A stretch of DNA of 64,000 bases. Origin: Burkholderiales bacterium (lineage in GTDB: Bacteria; Pseudomonadota; Gammaproteobacteria; Burkholderiales; SG8-39). Position 1 is the first letter of the stretch. Every line of letters begins with the position of its first letter. The notes beneath the pieces are model-generated. The model was not told the DNA's origin, did no database searches, and saw only the letters and a list, made by a program, of their open reading frames with translations. The position numbers were made by a program, and so were the translations under genes. The DNA is taken from NCBI GenBank assembly GCA_035762345.1, contig DASTPE010000114.1, forward strand, positions 3,501-67,500, in the 5' to 3' direction. Positions 1-10,242 of this stretch are shown here, one piece after another.

Positions 1-1
1 G

Positions 2-94
2 GAGGCGCTGTCGCGGAAGCTCACCAACAAGCTGATGCACGGTCCTACGCAGGCGCTGTCCGAGACGCTCGCGCGCCTGAACCGACCGAAGTGA
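2..94 (+). CDS. hemA: glutamyl-tRNA reductase, 3' end only (gene begins upstream of window)
   Basis: In-frame tail [30 protein letters not shown]-stop; LTNKL(I/M)H.PT resembles the HemA C-terminal region; hemA-prfA-prmC synteny. Confidence 0.6.
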   Translation, partial: EALSRKLTNKLMHGPTQALSETLARLNRPK

Positions 95-104
95 GTCGGC
101 CACG

Positions 105-1190
105 GTGAATCCCCGCTTGCGCGCCAAGCTGGACGGCATGGTCGGCCGCCTGAGCGAGCTCGATCGCCTGCTCGCAGCAGAAAACGCGACCCGCGACCTC
201 GAGCAGTTCAAGCGCCTCTCGCGCGAGCACGCCGAGGTCTCCTCGGTCGTTTCTCTTTTCAACGCCTACCTGCAAGTGGAGCGCGACGCGGGCGAGGCGC
301 GCGAGCTCGCCGCCGATCCGGCGATGAAGGCCTACGCCGAGGAGGAACTGAAGAAGTCGCGCGCGGCAATGGGGCGCCTTGAGGGCGACCTGCAGACGGC
401 CCTGCTGCCGAAGGACCCGAATGACGAGCGCAATCTCTTCATCGAGGTGCGCGCCGGCACCGGTGGCGATGAATCGGCGCTCTTCGCCGGCGATCTTTTC
501 CGCATGTATACGCGCTACGCCGAGCGCCAGGGCTGGCAGGTCGAGTTGATCTCCGAGAGCCCCTCCGAGCTCGGCGGTTACAAGGAGGTCATCGCGCGCA
601 TTGCCGGCCAGGGCGCTTTCTCCAGGCTCAAGTTCGAGTCGGGCGGCCACCGTGTGCAGCGCGTTCCCAAGACCGAGGCGCAAGGGCGCATTCACACCTC
701 GGCCTGCACCGTTGCGGTGTTGCCGGAGGCCGACATGATCGACGATGTCGTGCTCAACCCGGCCGAGCTTCGCATCGACACCTTCCGTGCCTCGGGTGCC
801 GGTGGCCAGCACGTCAATAAGACCGAATCGGCTATCCGCGTTACGCACCTGCCGACGGGCATCGTGGTCGAATGCCAGGACTCGCGCTCGCAGCACAAAA
901 ACCGCGAGAAGGCGCTCTCCGTACTAGCGGCGCGCATCCGCGACAAGCAGGAGCGCGAGCAGCAGCAGAAGATGGCCTCGACACGCAAATCCCTGATCGG
1001 CTCGGGCGATCGCTCGGAGCGCATCCGCACCTACAACTTTCCCCAGGGGCGGGTGACCGACCACCGGATCAATCTCACTCTTTACAAGATCGACCGCATC
1101 ATGGACGGCGAGCTCGAGGAAATCATCGATGCGCTCGCGCACGAGCACCAGGCCGAGCAGCTCGCGAGCCTTACCGAAGAAGCGGCTTGA
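105..1190 (+). CDS. prfA: peptide chain release factor 1
   Basis: 361-aa ORF with [16 protein letters not shown] (GGQ motif) and RF-1 type domain order; GTG start. Confidence 0.97.
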   Translation: MNPRLRAKLDGMVGRLSELDRLLAAENATRDLEQFKRLSREHAEVSSVVSLFNAYLQVERDAGEARELAADPAMKAYAEEELKKSRAAMGRLEGDLQTALLPKDPNDERNLFIEVRAGTGGDESALFAGDLFRMYTRYAERQGWQVELISESPSELGGYKEVIARIAGQGAFSRLKFESGGHRVQRVPKTEAQGRIHTSACTVAVLPEADMIDDVVLNPAELRIDTFRASGAGGQHVNKTESAIRVTHLPTGIVVECQDSRSQHKNREKALSVLAARIRDKQEREQQQKMASTRKSLIGSGDRSERIRTYNFPQGRVTDHRINLTLYKIDRIMDGELEEIIDALAHEHQAEQLASLTEEAA

Positions 1191-1975
1191 CCCTCGAGGA
1201 GGCTCTACGCGCGAGCGGCGTCGACCCTCGCGAAGCGCGGCTGCTTCTCGCCGCCGCGGTCGGATTTTCCGAGGCGAGCGTGCTTGCTTTTCCTGAACGG
1301 GAATTGCCGGCGGGCATTGAAAAATCCTTTCTTGAGATGGCGACCCGTCGGCGCGCCGGCGAGCCAGTCGCATACATCCTCGGCCGCAAGGAGTTCTACG
1401 GCATCGAGGTCGCGGTCAACCCGGCCGTCCTGATTCCGCGCCCGGAGACCGAGCTCCTGGTGGACCTGGCAATGGAAAGGGAATTCTCGGCCGCCGCGGA
1501 TCTCGGCACGGGCTGCGGCGCGGTCGCCCTCGCCTTGAAGAAGCGCCGTCCGCGCGCACGGGTGGTCGCGGTGGACGCGAGTGCCGCCGCGCTCGCGGTC
1601 GCAAGGCGCAACGCAGCGAAACACGGCCTCGATATCGATTACCGGCATGGCCGCTGGCTCGAGCCGCTCGGGGCCGAGCGCTTTGATCTCATCGTCTCGA
1701 ACCCCCCGTACATCGCCGAAGGGGACCCGCATCTCGCCGAGCTTTGCTTCGAGCCCGCGGGCGCGCTGGTGGCGGGCCCGGATGGCCTCGACGCAATCAG
1801 GGAAATAGCGCACGGCGCCGCGGCGCACCTAGCGCCGGGCGGATCGCTCTTGCTCGAGCACGGCATGGGCCAGGACCGGGCCGTGCGTGAGCTATTGTCA
1901 GCGGCTGGCCTTGAAAGCGTGACGAGCTGGCCCGATCTTGCGGGAATCCCGCGGGTGAGCGGCGGAACGCGATAA
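1187..1975 (+). CDS. prmC: release factor glutamine N5-methyltransferase
   Basis: [29 protein letters not shown] motif, IVSNPPY catalytic motif; TTG start overlapping prfA stop (TTGA); the longer ORF from 872 is a shadow over prfA. Confidence 0.9.
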   Translation: MTLEEALRASGVDPREARLLLAAAVGFSEASVLAFPERELPAGIEKSFLEMATRRRAGEPVAYILGRKEFYGIEVAVNPAVLIPRPETELLVDLAMEREFSAAADLGTGCGAVALALKKRRPRARVVAVDASAAALAVARRNAAKHGLDIDYRHGRWLEPLGAERFDLIVSNPPYIAEGDPHLAELCFEPAGALVAGPDGLDAIREIAHGAAAHLAPGGSLLLEHGMGQDRAVRELLSAAGLESVTSWPDLAGIPRVSGGTR

Positions 1976-1984
1976 AATCGCACC

Positions 1985-2302
1985 ATGGACACTCAAGAGA
2001 AAATCAAGCAGCAGGTCACCGGCAACCGCGTCGTGCTCTATATGAAGGGCACGCCGCAGTTTCCCCAGTGCGGCTTTTCGGCGCTCGCCGTGCAGGTGCT
2101 GAACGCCTGCGGCGTGAAGGACTTCCACAGCGTCAACGTGCTCGCCGACCAGGAGATCCGCGAAGGCATCAAGCAGTACGCCAACTGGCCCACGATTCCC
2201 CAGCTCTACGTGAACGGCGAGTTCGTCGGCGGCTCGGACATCATGCGCGAGATGTACCAGTCGGGTGAGCTGCAGAAGCTTCTAGAGACCGAGAAGGCGT
2301 AA
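1985..2302 (+). CDS. grxD: Grx4-family monothiol glutaredoxin
   Basis: 105 aa, CGFS active site, WPTIPQLYVNGEFVGG. Confidence 0.95.
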   Translation: MDTQEKIKQQVTGNRVVLYMKGTPQFPQCGFSALAVQVLNACGVKDFHSVNVLADQEIREGIKQYANWPTIPQLYVNGEFVGGSDIMREMYQSGELQKLLETEKA

Positions 2303-3088
2303 GCACGACCTGACCTGCCCGAGATAGCCGCCGCCGAACAGGTTCAGGTGATTGAGCAGGTGATACAGGTTATAGAGAGATTTCCGCTTCTCGTAACCTT
2401 CGGCCAGCGGAAAAGCTTCATCGTAAGCCTTGTAGAACTCGCGCGAGAATCCACCGAATAGCTCGGTCATTGCGAGGTCCGCCTCGCGGTCGCCGTAGTA
2501 CACCGCAGGATCGAACACCACGGGCCCGCTCTGCGAAAAGCCCACGTTCCCACTCCACAGGTCACCATGCAGCAGCGAAGGCTGCGGCTTATGGTTGTCC
2601 AGCCAATGATCGAGCGCACCGAGATCGACGTCGAGGCCAGCCATCTCGAGCTGCGGCCGCATCCGGCGCTCGCGCCAGAACTGGCCCCAGTCGTCGCACC
2701 AGGCGTTGTTCTGGAGCGTCGAGCCGATGTAGTTGTGGCGAGCCCAGCCGAAGTGCGCCGCCGGTTGTCGATGCGCTCTGGCGAGCATGCGAGCAAGGGC
2801 GGCAAAGTCGCCCGGGCGCTGGAGCTCAAGGTACTCGAGTAGCAGGTACGCCTCGCCGCCGGCGACGCCCTGCGCAAGAGGCTCAGGAGCGCGCAGTCCG
2901 GCGTCACGCAGTGCGAGCAGCCCCTGCGCTTCGGCGGCGAATATGTCCTGCCTGTCGGCTGAGTTGGTCTTTAGAAAACAGCGCTTGCCGCCGATCACGA
3001 CAGCATAACTACGATGAATGCAGCCCCCGGATGCGCGCAGCGCCGATTCGATGCGAAGCTCCTGCCGCAGCGCTGCACCTAGCCCGAT
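2282..3088 (-). CDS. fructosamine/ketosamine kinase family protein (start codon uncertain)
   Basis: SGGCIHRSY..FLK, LLHGDLWSGN, DPAVYYGDREADLAM, LYNLYHLLNHLNLFGG are typical of the FN3K/YniA family; no ATG/GTG/TTG lies between the upstream kinase stop and the conserved N-terminus, so 3088 is an ATC codon (see findings). Confidence 0.8.
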   Translation of the reverse strand: MGLGAALRQELRIESALRASGGCIHRSYAVVIGGKRCFLKTNSADRQDIFAAEAQGLLALRDAGLRAPEPLAQGVAGGEAYLLLEYLELQRPGDFAALARMLARAHRQPAAHFGWARHNYIGSTLQNNAWCDDWGQFWRERRMRPQLEMAGLDVDLGALDHWLDNHKPQPSLLHGDLWSGNVGFSQSGPVVFDPAVYYGDREADLAMTELFGGFSREFYKAYDEAFPLAEGYEKRKSLYNLYHLLNHLNLFGGGYLGQVRSCLRLLGL

Positions 3089-4356
3089 GTGAGCCTCATG
3101 TTGGCCAGGTTGAGCCGCTCGACCAGGATGCTGACGAACGCGCGGTCGAAGTGCGCGCGGCAACCGACCGAGGCGCGTTCGAGCTCGGTGGTGGGCACGC
3201 GCACGATGTGTGCGTCCGTCGAAGCGGTCACGGTCGCGCCGCGCTCGCGCCGCTCGGCCGAGAGGTACGCCATCTCGCCGAAGCATTCGCCAGGGCCGAG
3301 TACGCTGATGAGCTTGTGGTTCTTCGTCACGCGGGCTTCGCCCTCGAGGAGCACGCAGAAGAAGTCGCCCGGCTCGCCCTCGCGCACGATCTCCGTGCCT
3401 ACCTTTACGCGCTGCCACTGTCCGATCCTCACCACTTCCCAAAGCTCCGCCTCGGCAAAGCGCTTGAAAAAGCCGAGCGCGCGTAATGCTGCGAACTTGT
3501 CGGCCTCACCCAAGCTCTCGCGGCGGGCGGGGCCGGAGGCGCTGCGCAAAGCTCCGACCAGATCGTCGGCGAACTCGTCGCCGCTTTGGTAGCGCGCCGC
3601 CGCGTCCTTTTGCATCGCGCGGCGCACGATGCGGTCGAGCGCCTCCGGCACGCCGCGCAGGTGCGACGAAGGCGGCGCCGGTTCTTGCTGGGTGATCTGA
3701 TAGATGATGCTGAACTTGTTCGAGCCCTGGAACGGCAGCTTGCCGCAAAGCATCTGGTACATGACCACGCCGAGCGAGTACAGGTCGGTGCGGTGATCGA
3801 CGAGCTCCTCACGGATCTGCTCGGGCGACATGTACGCCGGCGAACCGACCCCGGTAATCTGCGTCGTCTCGGCGCTTACGTTGAGCGCCAGGCCGAAATC
3901 GCCGATTCGCACGTCCGTGGGCGCGGCGGCGTAGAGCAGGTTGCCCGGCTTGATGTCGCGATGGGTCACGCCCTGCATGTGCGCGTACGACAGCGCACGC
4001 GCGCACTTGAAGATGATCTCCATGGTCTGCTCGATCGGCAGCAGGGTGTCGGAGCCGCAGAAGCGCTCCATGGTGCCTCCCGGGACGTACTCCACGACGA
4101 TGTAGCCAGAGTCCTCGCCGATACCGGCGTCATAGATCTGCGCGATGTGCGGGTGGTCGAGCTTGCCGGCGAGCGACGCCTCGGTGAAGAAGAGCTTCCG
4201 GAAGAGCCGGCCGCGCGCCGGGTCACGCAGCGATTCGGGGAAAATCCGCTTCACCGCGACCTGGCGGCCGCGGAACGGATCCTGACATAGGAACACCTCC
4301 GAGGTCGCGCCCTCGCCGAGCTTGCGGATTACCGGGTAGTTGGCGACGTGCTCCAA
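3079..4356 (-). CDS. Hanks-type Ser/Thr protein kinase fused to a C-terminal cyclic-nucleotide-binding (CAP-ED) domain
   Basis: LGEGATSEV, VAVKRI, HRDIKPGNLL, IGDFGLA, SPAYMSPE; C-terminal part has GDFFCVLLEGEARV ... GECFGEMAYLSAERRERGATVTA (phosphate-binding cassette); TTG start. Confidence 0.9.
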   Translation of the reverse strand: MEHVANYPVIRKLGEGATSEVFLCQDPFRGRQVAVKRIFPESLRDPARGRLFRKLFFTEASLAGKLDHPHIAQIYDAGIGEDSGYIVVEYVPGGTMERFCGSDTLLPIEQTMEIIFKCARALSYAHMQGVTHRDIKPGNLLYAAAPTDVRIGDFGLALNVSAETTQITGVGSPAYMSPEQIREELVDHRTDLYSLGVVMYQMLCGKLPFQGSNKFSIIYQITQQEPAPPSSHLRGVPEALDRIVRRAMQKDAAARYQSGDEFADDLVGALRSASGPARRESLGEADKFAALRALGFFKRFAEAELWEVVRIGQWQRVKVGTEIVREGEPGDFFCVLLEGEARVTKNHKLISVLGPGECFGEMAYLSAERRERGATVTASTDAHIVRVPTTELERASVGCRAHFDRAFVSILVERLNLANMRLTSG

Positions 4357-4428
4357 GCGCCGGAACAGTACTTCTCGAGCCTGCCCCCGTCGACGTACTG
4401 CATCACGATGTGATGCAGGTTTCCCCCG

Positions 4429-5814
4429 TCATCGCCGCAGGCGCCTGCGCGCGCGTCGAACGGCCCTGCGCACCTGGGTAGGTGCGGTGCCGCCGGGATG
4501 CCGGCGTGCGGCGACTGAACCCTCCGGCGTGAGGATGCGCCGCACGTCGGAACCAATCCTCTTCGAAAGGCTTCTTAGCGTCGCCAGCGGCAAGGCGCCG
4601 AGATCGACGCCGGCAACCTGTGCCGCGCGCACCGCGCGCGCGACCACGTTGTGGGCGTCGCGAAACGGTACGCCCTTGCGCACGAGATAATCGGCAAGAT
4701 CGGTGGCAGTGGCATGGCCTTCCTGCACCGCGGCGCGCATCGCGTCCGGCACCGGCTGCAGCCCGGCCATCAGGCCGGTGAGGACCGCCACCGAGTCCTT
4801 GAGCGTGTCCACCGTGTCGAACAGCGGCTGCTTGTCCTCCTGATTGTCCTTGTTGTACGCGAGTGGTTGCGCTTTCATGAGCACCAGCAGCGCGACCAGC
4901 GCCCCGAACACCCGGCCGCTCTTGCCGCGCACAAGCTCGGGCACGTCAGGGTTCATTTTTTGCGGCATGATCGACGAGCCGGTGCAGTACGCTTCGGGCA
5001 GGCGCACGAATCCGAAACGCGGGTTCACCCACAGCACGAGTTCTTCGGCGAGGCGCGACAGGTGGACCATGATGAGGGCTGCGCAGGCACAAAACTCGAT
5101 CGCGAAATCCCGGTCCGACACCGCATCGAGCGAGTTATCGCACAGGCGCTCGAAGCCGAGCGCGCGCGCCACGCGGACACGGTCGATGCGAAAGCTCGTA
5201 CCTGCCAGTGCGGCGGCGCCGAGCGGCAGTCGATTCACGCGTTTCCTGATTTCGCTCAGCCGTTCACGGTCGCGCTCCAGCATCTCGACGTAGGCGAGCA
5301 GGTGATGGCCGAAAGTGATCGGTTGGGCGACCTGCAGGTGCGTGAAGCCGGGCATGATGAGGGCGGCATGGCGCTCCGCCTTGTTGAGCAGCGCGGCCTC
5401 GAGCCGGCCGATAAGGCCGCGCAATGCGTCGAGCTCGGCGCGCAACCAGAGCCGCACGTCAGTCGCGACCTGGTCATTGCGCGAACGCGCGGTATGCAGG
5501 CGCTTGCCCGCATCACCCACGAGCGCCGTCAATCGGTGCTCGATGTTGAGGTGCACGTCCTCCGCATCGAGCGACCAGCGGAACCGCCCGGCCTCGATGT
5601 CCTGCCCGATGCGCCGCAACCCGCGCCGAATCGCCGCCAAGTCGCGCCGCGTCAACACACCCTGCGCCGCCAGCATATCGGCGTGGGCGAGCGACGCCTC
5701 GATGTCATACTTGGCCAGGCGTTGGTCGAAGGAGACCGAAGCGGTGAAGCGCTTGACCCGCTCGTCAACGGGCTCGGCGAAGCGCGCAGACCAGGGAGAG
5801 CGCTTTCGTGGCAT
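4429..5814 (-). CDS. argH: argininosuccinate lyase
   Basis: [44 protein letters not shown] signature; start taken at MPRKRSPW (ATG 5814). Confidence 0.95.
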   Translation of the reverse strand: MPRKRSPWSARFAEPVDERVKRFTASVSFDQRLAKYDIEASLAHADMLAAQGVLTRRDLAAIRRGLRRIGQDIEAGRFRWSLDAEDVHLNIEHRLTALVGDAGKRLHTARSRNDQVATDVRLWLRAELDALRGLIGRLEAALLNKAERHAALIMPGFTHLQVAQPITFGHHLLAYVEMLERDRERLSEIRKRVNRLPLGAAALAGTSFRIDRVRVARALGFERLCDNSLDAVSDRDFAIEFCACAALIMVHLSRLAEELVLWVNPRFGFVRLPEAYCTGSSIMPQKMNPDVPELVRGKSGRVFGALVALLVLMKAQPLAYNKDNQEDKQPLFDTVDTLKDSVAVLTGLMAGLQPVPDAMRAAVQEGHATATDLADYLVRKGVPFRDAHNVVARAVRAAQVAGVDLGALPLATLRSLSKRIGSDVRRILTPEGSVAARRHPGGTAPTQVRRAVRRARRRLRR

Positions 5815-5844
5815 AAGAATACAGTTGAAGACCTCTTCGTAACC

Positions 5845-6855
5845 ATGGCCAGTATAAGGCAAAACTCTCATCCGGACCTGCTGCCAGACTTCCGCAACCT
5901 CGGCGTTATCGCGCGCATCCTGCTTGCGGTGAACGCGGCCTTGCTGGCCGGCGCGTTGTTCGCCTCGGCGAATGTCACGCAAGCGCTCGAGCGATTCGTC
6001 GAGGCCGCCGCGTTCACGGAGCCGCTGCTGTTCGTGATTATCGTGGTGCTTTTTGCGTTCTCCGCAGCTCTGCGCCGGTTGCCGTACTGGAGCGGGTACG
6101 CGGTGGTGCTAGCGCTGGTCGCGACACTGGTCGGGGCATACGTTGCCGCGACCGGCGTAAGCGCAGCCCCGGCACACGTTCTACTCGCGATCCTGGTTGC
6201 TGCGGCGCTCCTCTCCTATTTTCGCCTCCTCTGGAAAGCGCACTCGCCTGCGCTTGCCGAAGCTCGCCTTCAGGCGCTGCAGGCGCGTATCCGTCCGCAC
6301 TTCCTGTTCAACAGCCTGAACACCGTGCTTGCCCTCATCCGTCGCGATCCCCTGCGCGCCGAGCGCGCGCTCGAGGATCTCGCGGACCTTTTCCGCACAC
6401 TGATGTCCGATGCGCGGCAGTTTGTGCGGCTTTCCGATGAAATTGCGTTGCTCGAGCGCTACGCAGAGCTTGAGCAACTGCGCCTTGGCGAGCGCCTGCG
6501 CATCACATGGGACCTGGACGGCGCGCCGGTGGACGCGCTGCTGCCGCCGATGGTCCTGCAGCCGCTGCTCGAGAACGCGGTCTACCATGGCGTCGAGCCA
6601 GGTGCCGGACCTGGGGACGTGCTCGTGCGTATCGAGCGGCTCGGCAACCGCGTGCTCGCACGCATTGAGAATCCGTATCTGGTGGACGCGCAGGGACACC
6701 CCGAAGTCCAGCGTGCCGGGAACCGCATGGCGCTCGAGAACATCCGCGAGCGGCTGCAGCTGTTTTTCGATGCCGAAGCGAGGATCGCCACCCAGGCCGC
6801 CGCCGGCCGCTACTGCGTGGAGATCGAGATACCCTACCGGGTGAAAGCGCTATGA
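5845..6855 (+). CDS. algZ: LytS/AlgZ(FimS)-type sensor histidine kinase
   Basis: N-terminal TM segments, [12 protein letters not shown] (His_kinase PF06580-type H-box), LLENAVYHG ATPase motif; argH/algZ-algR-hemC synteny as in Pseudomonas. Confidence 0.8.
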   Translation: MASIRQNSHPDLLPDFRNLGVIARILLAVNAALLAGALFASANVTQALERFVEAAAFTEPLLFVIIVVLFAFSAALRRLPYWSGYAVVLALVATLVGAYVAATGVSAAPAHVLLAILVAAALLSYFRLLWKAHSPALAEARLQALQARIRPHFLFNSLNTVLALIRRDPLRAERALEDLADLFRTLMSDARQFVRLSDEIALLERYAELEQLRLGERLRITWDLDGAPVDALLPPMVLQPLLENAVYHGVEPGAGPGDVLVRIERLGNRVLARIENPYLVDAQGHPEVQRAGNRMALENIRERLQLFFDAEARIATQAAAGRYCVEIEIPYRVKAL

Positions 6856-7607
6856 ACGCGCCAACGGGCCCGCTGAAGGTTTTCATCGTGGACGACGAAA
6901 CCCCGGCTCGCGAGCGCCTGAAGGAGCTGCTCGGCGACATCGCCGCGGAAGTGCCGACGCGTGTCGTGGGCGAGGCCCGCCATGGCGTCGAGGCGGTCGA
7001 GCTCATCCCCGGAAGCGACGCGCAAATCGTGTTGCTGGACATAAAGATGCCGGCCATGGGCGGGCTCGAGGTGGCGCGACATCTTGGCTCGCTCGAGCAG
7101 CCGCCGCGCATCATCTTCGTTACCGCGCACGACCGCCATGCGGTCGAGGCGTTCGAGCTGAACGCCCTCGACTATCTGCTGAAGCCGGTGCGCGCCGAGC
7201 GGCTTGCCGCCGCACTGCGCAAGGCATCAATCCCGGAAGGCGAACGGCTGGCAAAAGCGGCGGACGGGCCGCGCGAATACCTGTCGATCCCCGAACGTCA
7301 CCGTATCGCGCTGGTCCCGGTGCGCGATATCTTGTTCCTTCGAGCCGAGCAGAAATACGTGACGGTACGCACACGTCAACGCGAGTACCTGATCGAGGAG
7401 CCGCTGGTCGTGCTCGAACGCGAGTTCGCCGCGCGCTTCGTGCGCATCCACCGCAACTGCCTGGTGGCGCGCGCCGCGATCCGCGGATTCGAGCGCGCGG
7501 CGGACGAGGAAGACGACGCGCATTGGCTGGTGCAGCTCGATGGTGTGGAGGAAAAGCTCGCGGTAAGCCGAAGGCAATGGCCGCTCGTGCGCGACCTCGT
7601 AACATGA
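6852..7607 (+). CDS. algR: LytR/AlgR-family response regulator (REC + LytTR)
   Basis: VFIVDDE...LLDIKMP receiver, C-terminal LytTR ([14 protein letters not shown]...RIHRN); ATGA overlap with algZ. Confidence 0.85.
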   Translation: MNAPTGPLKVFIVDDETPARERLKELLGDIAAEVPTRVVGEARHGVEAVELIPGSDAQIVLLDIKMPAMGGLEVARHLGSLEQPPRIIFVTAHDRHAVEAFELNALDYLLKPVRAERLAAALRKASIPEGERLAKAADGPREYLSIPERHRIALVPVRDILFLRAEQKYVTVRTRQREYLIEEPLVVLEREFAARFVRIHRNCLVARAAIRGFERAADEEDDAHWLVQLDGVEEKLAVSRRQWPLVRDLVT

Positions 7608-8509
7608 AGCTCGTAATCGCGACGCGCCGCAGCCGGCTCGCCCTATGGCAGGCCGGGCACATCAAGCACCGGCTCGAGACGCTGCATCGCGGCCTCGTGG
7701 TCGAGACGCTGCCGCTTTCGACCCGAGGGGACGAGCTCGTGGACCGGCGGCTCGATCAGGCGGGCGGCAAGGGCCTCTTCGTCAAGGAACTTGAGCAGGC
7801 GATGAGCGATGGCCGCGCGGACCTCGCGGTGCACTCGATCAAGGACGTCCCGGCCGAGCTGCCGCCGGGATTCACGCTTGCCGCGATCACCGCGCGCGAG
7901 GATCCACGGGACGTCTTTGTTTCGCTCTCGTACCAAACACTTGCTGAAATGCCTCGAGGCGCGAGCGTTGGGACTTCGAGCCTGCGGCGCGCTGCTCAGA
8001 TCGCGGAGCGCCATCCGCGGCTCGAGATTCGCTTGCTGCGCGGCAACGTCGATACGCGGCTCGCCAAGCTGGACCGCGGGGAGTATGACGCCATCGTTCT
8101 CGCCGCCGCAGGGCTGGAGCGTCTCGGGCTCGCCGCGCGCGCGACGGCGCACCTCGAAGTCGATGAAATGCTGCCGGCGCCGGGCCAGGGAGCGCTTGGC
8201 ATCGAGTGCCTTGTGGCGCACGACGATGTTGCGGCGCTGCTCGCGCCGCTCGCTGACAGCGCGACGACCGCTTGCGTGCGCGCCGAGCGTGCGGTGAGCC
8301 GCGCGTTGGGCGGGAGCTGCTCGCTGCCGCTCGCGGCGTACGCGGAATGCTCCGGGAAACTGAGGTTGCGGGCGCTCGTAGCATCGAGCGACGGCAGGCG
8401 CGTCGTACGCTGCGAGCTGGAAGGCGAGGCGCGCGAACCGGAAGCCACCGGAGAGCGAGCAGCGGCGGCGCTGCGCGCGCAGGGCGCTGACGAAATCCTT
8501 GCGCTCTGA
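7604..8509 (+). CDS. hemC: hydroxymethylbilane synthase (porphobilinogen deaminase)
   Basis: [33 protein letters not shown]; ATGA overlap with algR. Confidence 0.95.
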   Translation: MKLVIATRRSRLALWQAGHIKHRLETLHRGLVVETLPLSTRGDELVDRRLDQAGGKGLFVKELEQAMSDGRADLAVHSIKDVPAELPPGFTLAAITAREDPRDVFVSLSYQTLAEMPRGASVGTSSLRRAAQIAERHPRLEIRLLRGNVDTRLAKLDRGEYDAIVLAAAGLERLGLAARATAHLEVDEMLPAPGQGALGIECLVAHDDVAALLAPLADSATTACVRAERAVSRALGGSCSLPLAAYAECSGKLRLRALVASSDGRRVVRCELEGEAREPEATGERAAAALRAQGADEILAL

Positions 8510-9251
8510 GAGCCTGCGCGGCCGCGGCATCCTGGTGACGCGCCCCGGCGAGCGCGCCGCGAATCTCGCGCGGCTGATCGAGACCTCGGGAGGGCGCGCG
8601 TACCTCTTTCCGGCGATCGAAATCGAAGATCTTCCCGCGCCGCCCGAGCTGCAGCAGCTCCACAAGTTCGATCTCGCGGTATTTGTCAGCCCGACCGCGG
8701 TGAGCAAGATCATGGCGCACCTGGACGTCTGGCCGCGCGCGCTGCCGGCGGCGGCGGTTGGCGGCGGTACCCGGCGCGAGCTCGAGCATCGCGGCGTGAA
8801 GAACGTCATTGCGCCGCAAGCCGGCGCGGACAGCGAGGCGCTTCTCGCACACGACGAGCTGCAGCGGGTGGCCGGCAAACACATCGTCATCTTTCGCGGC
8901 GAGGGTGGGCGAGAACTGCTCGGCGACACCTTGCGCAGCCGGGGCGCGGATGTCGTATACGCGGCAGGCTACCGGCGCACGCGTCCCAAGGGCGCACGGC
9001 GATGGACGGAAAACGAGATCGACGCCATCACCGTATCGTCCTCGCAGGGACTCGCGAATCTGTTCGACATCCTTGACGGCGCTTTCCTCAAAGCGCGGCC
9101 GCTTTTCGTGCCTCACCCGCGCGTCGCCGACAATGCGCGCGAGCGGGCGGTGCGCGAGGTCGTGCTCGCCGGCCCGTCGGACGAGCAGGTGCTCGAGGCG
9201 CTGGTGGCATACTTTCGATCGCATGGCCGACACCCCGCCTCGCCCCCGTAG
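8499..9251 (+). CDS. hemD: uroporphyrinogen-III synthase
   Basis: [11 protein letters not shown]...LFPAIEI, position after hemC; TTG start overlaps the hemC end. Confidence 0.85.
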   Translation: MRSESLRGRGILVTRPGERAANLARLIETSGGRAYLFPAIEIEDLPAPPELQQLHKFDLAVFVSPTAVSKIMAHLDVWPRALPAAAVGGGTRRELEHRGVKNVIAPQAGADSEALLAHDELQRVAGKHIVIFRGEGGRELLGDTLRSRGADVVYAAGYRRTRPKGARRWTENEIDAITVSSSQGLANLFDILDGAFLKARPLFVPHPRVADNARERAVREVVLAGPSDEQVLEALVAYFRSHGRHPASPP

Positions 9252-10242
9252 CCCGACTCTTGCGCTCATCGCGGTTCTGCTTGCCGCCGGCCTGGCGACG
9301 CTCTATTGGTTCGACGCGCGCAACCGTATCGCCGCCACACAGGACGAACTCGCGCGCCGCCTGCGCGACCTCGAGCACGACGCGCGCGAGGCGCGCTCGA
9401 TCGCGCGGCTGTCGCAGGAGGGCATGCGCGAGGCGCAATTGAAGGTCGCGCAGCTCGAGTCGCGTCTTGCCGAGACCGACAGCCAGAGGCTCGCGCTCGA
9501 GGCGCTGTATCAGGAGCTTTCGCGCAACCGCGACGAATGGCAACTCGCCGAGATCGAGCAGGTCCTCGCAATCGCCTCGCAGCAGCTGCAGCTTGCGGGC
9601 AATGTGCGCGCGGCGCTACTTGCGCTCCAACTGGCCGACGCGCGCCTGGCGAAGGCTGACCGGCCGCAGTTCGTGCCGGTGCGGCGAGCGCTCGCACGCG
9701 ACATCGAGCGCCTCAAGGCGCTGCCCGTGCTGGACATCGCGGCCATGAGCTCGCGCATCGACAGCCTGGTGGCCGCAGTGGATTCCCTGCCGCTCGCCTT
9801 CGAAGAACGATCCGTCCCGGTGAAGGAACGAACCGCGGCTCAGGACGGCGGCTTCTGGTCGCGCCTTGGCTCGGAAGTGTGGAGCGAAGTGAAGCAGCTC
9901 GTGGTAGTGCGCCAGGTCGGCACGTCCGAGCCGCCGCTTGTGCCGCCCCCGCAGGCCTATTTTCTACGGGAGAACCTGCGCCTGCGGCTCCTTAACGCCC
10001 GGTTGTCGCTGCTCGTACGCGACGAGGCAGGATATCGCGAGGACCTGCGCGCGGCGGATGCCTGGATCCGCCGCTATTTCGACGTCCGCGGCAAGCACAC
10101 CGCCGATGCGCTCGCGCAGCTGAAACAGCTTTCGGCCGCGTCGATCAGCTTCGAGATGCCGACCATCTCGGAAAGCCTGGACGCGGTGCGCGGATTCACC
10201 TCGCGCCGCGCGCAAACCCCGGGGATGAAAAGCACCAGGTGA
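9223..10242 (+). CDS. hemX: HemX-type membrane-anchored coiled-coil protein (often annotated uroporphyrinogen-III C-methyltransferase)
   Basis: N-terminal TM helix then long coiled coil, WQLAEIEQVLAIASQQLQLAG typical of HemX; hemCDXY order. Confidence 0.8.
   Translation: MADTPPRPRSPTLALIAVLLAAGLATLYWFDARNRIAATQDELARRLRDLEHDAREARSIARLSQEGMREAQLKVAQLESRLAETDSQRLALEALYQELSRNRDEWQLAEIEQVLAIASQQLQLAGNVRAALLALQLADARLAKADRPQFVPVRRALARDIERLKALPVLDIAAMSSRIDSLVAAVDSLPLAFEERSVPVKERTAAQDGGFWSRLGSEVWSEVKQLVVVRQVGTSEPPLVPPPQAYFLRENLRLRLLNARLSLLVRDEAGYREDLRAADAWIRRYFDVRGKHTADALAQLKQLSAASISFEMPTISESLDAVRGFTSRRAQTPGMKSTR

Noticed and set aside
872-1186. Upstream 105 codons of the prmC ORF overlapping prfA
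   Set aside because: Out-of-frame overlap with prfA. PrmC homology begins at [10 protein letters not shown], where a TTG overlaps the prfA stop.
4651-5844. About 400 codons of open frame upstream of and in frame with algZ, part of the 734-aa ORF 4651-6855
   Set aside because: It lies antisense to the well-supported argH gene, has Arg/Ala/His-rich nonsense composition, and AlgZ homology starts at MASIRQN (5845). It is a typical high-GC shadow ORF.
7643-9269. Long minus-strand ORFs (428 aa and 460 aa) opposite hemC/hemD
   Set aside because: Arg/Ala/Pro-rich low-complexity translations with no motifs, fully antisense to conserved heme genes. Shadow ORFs.
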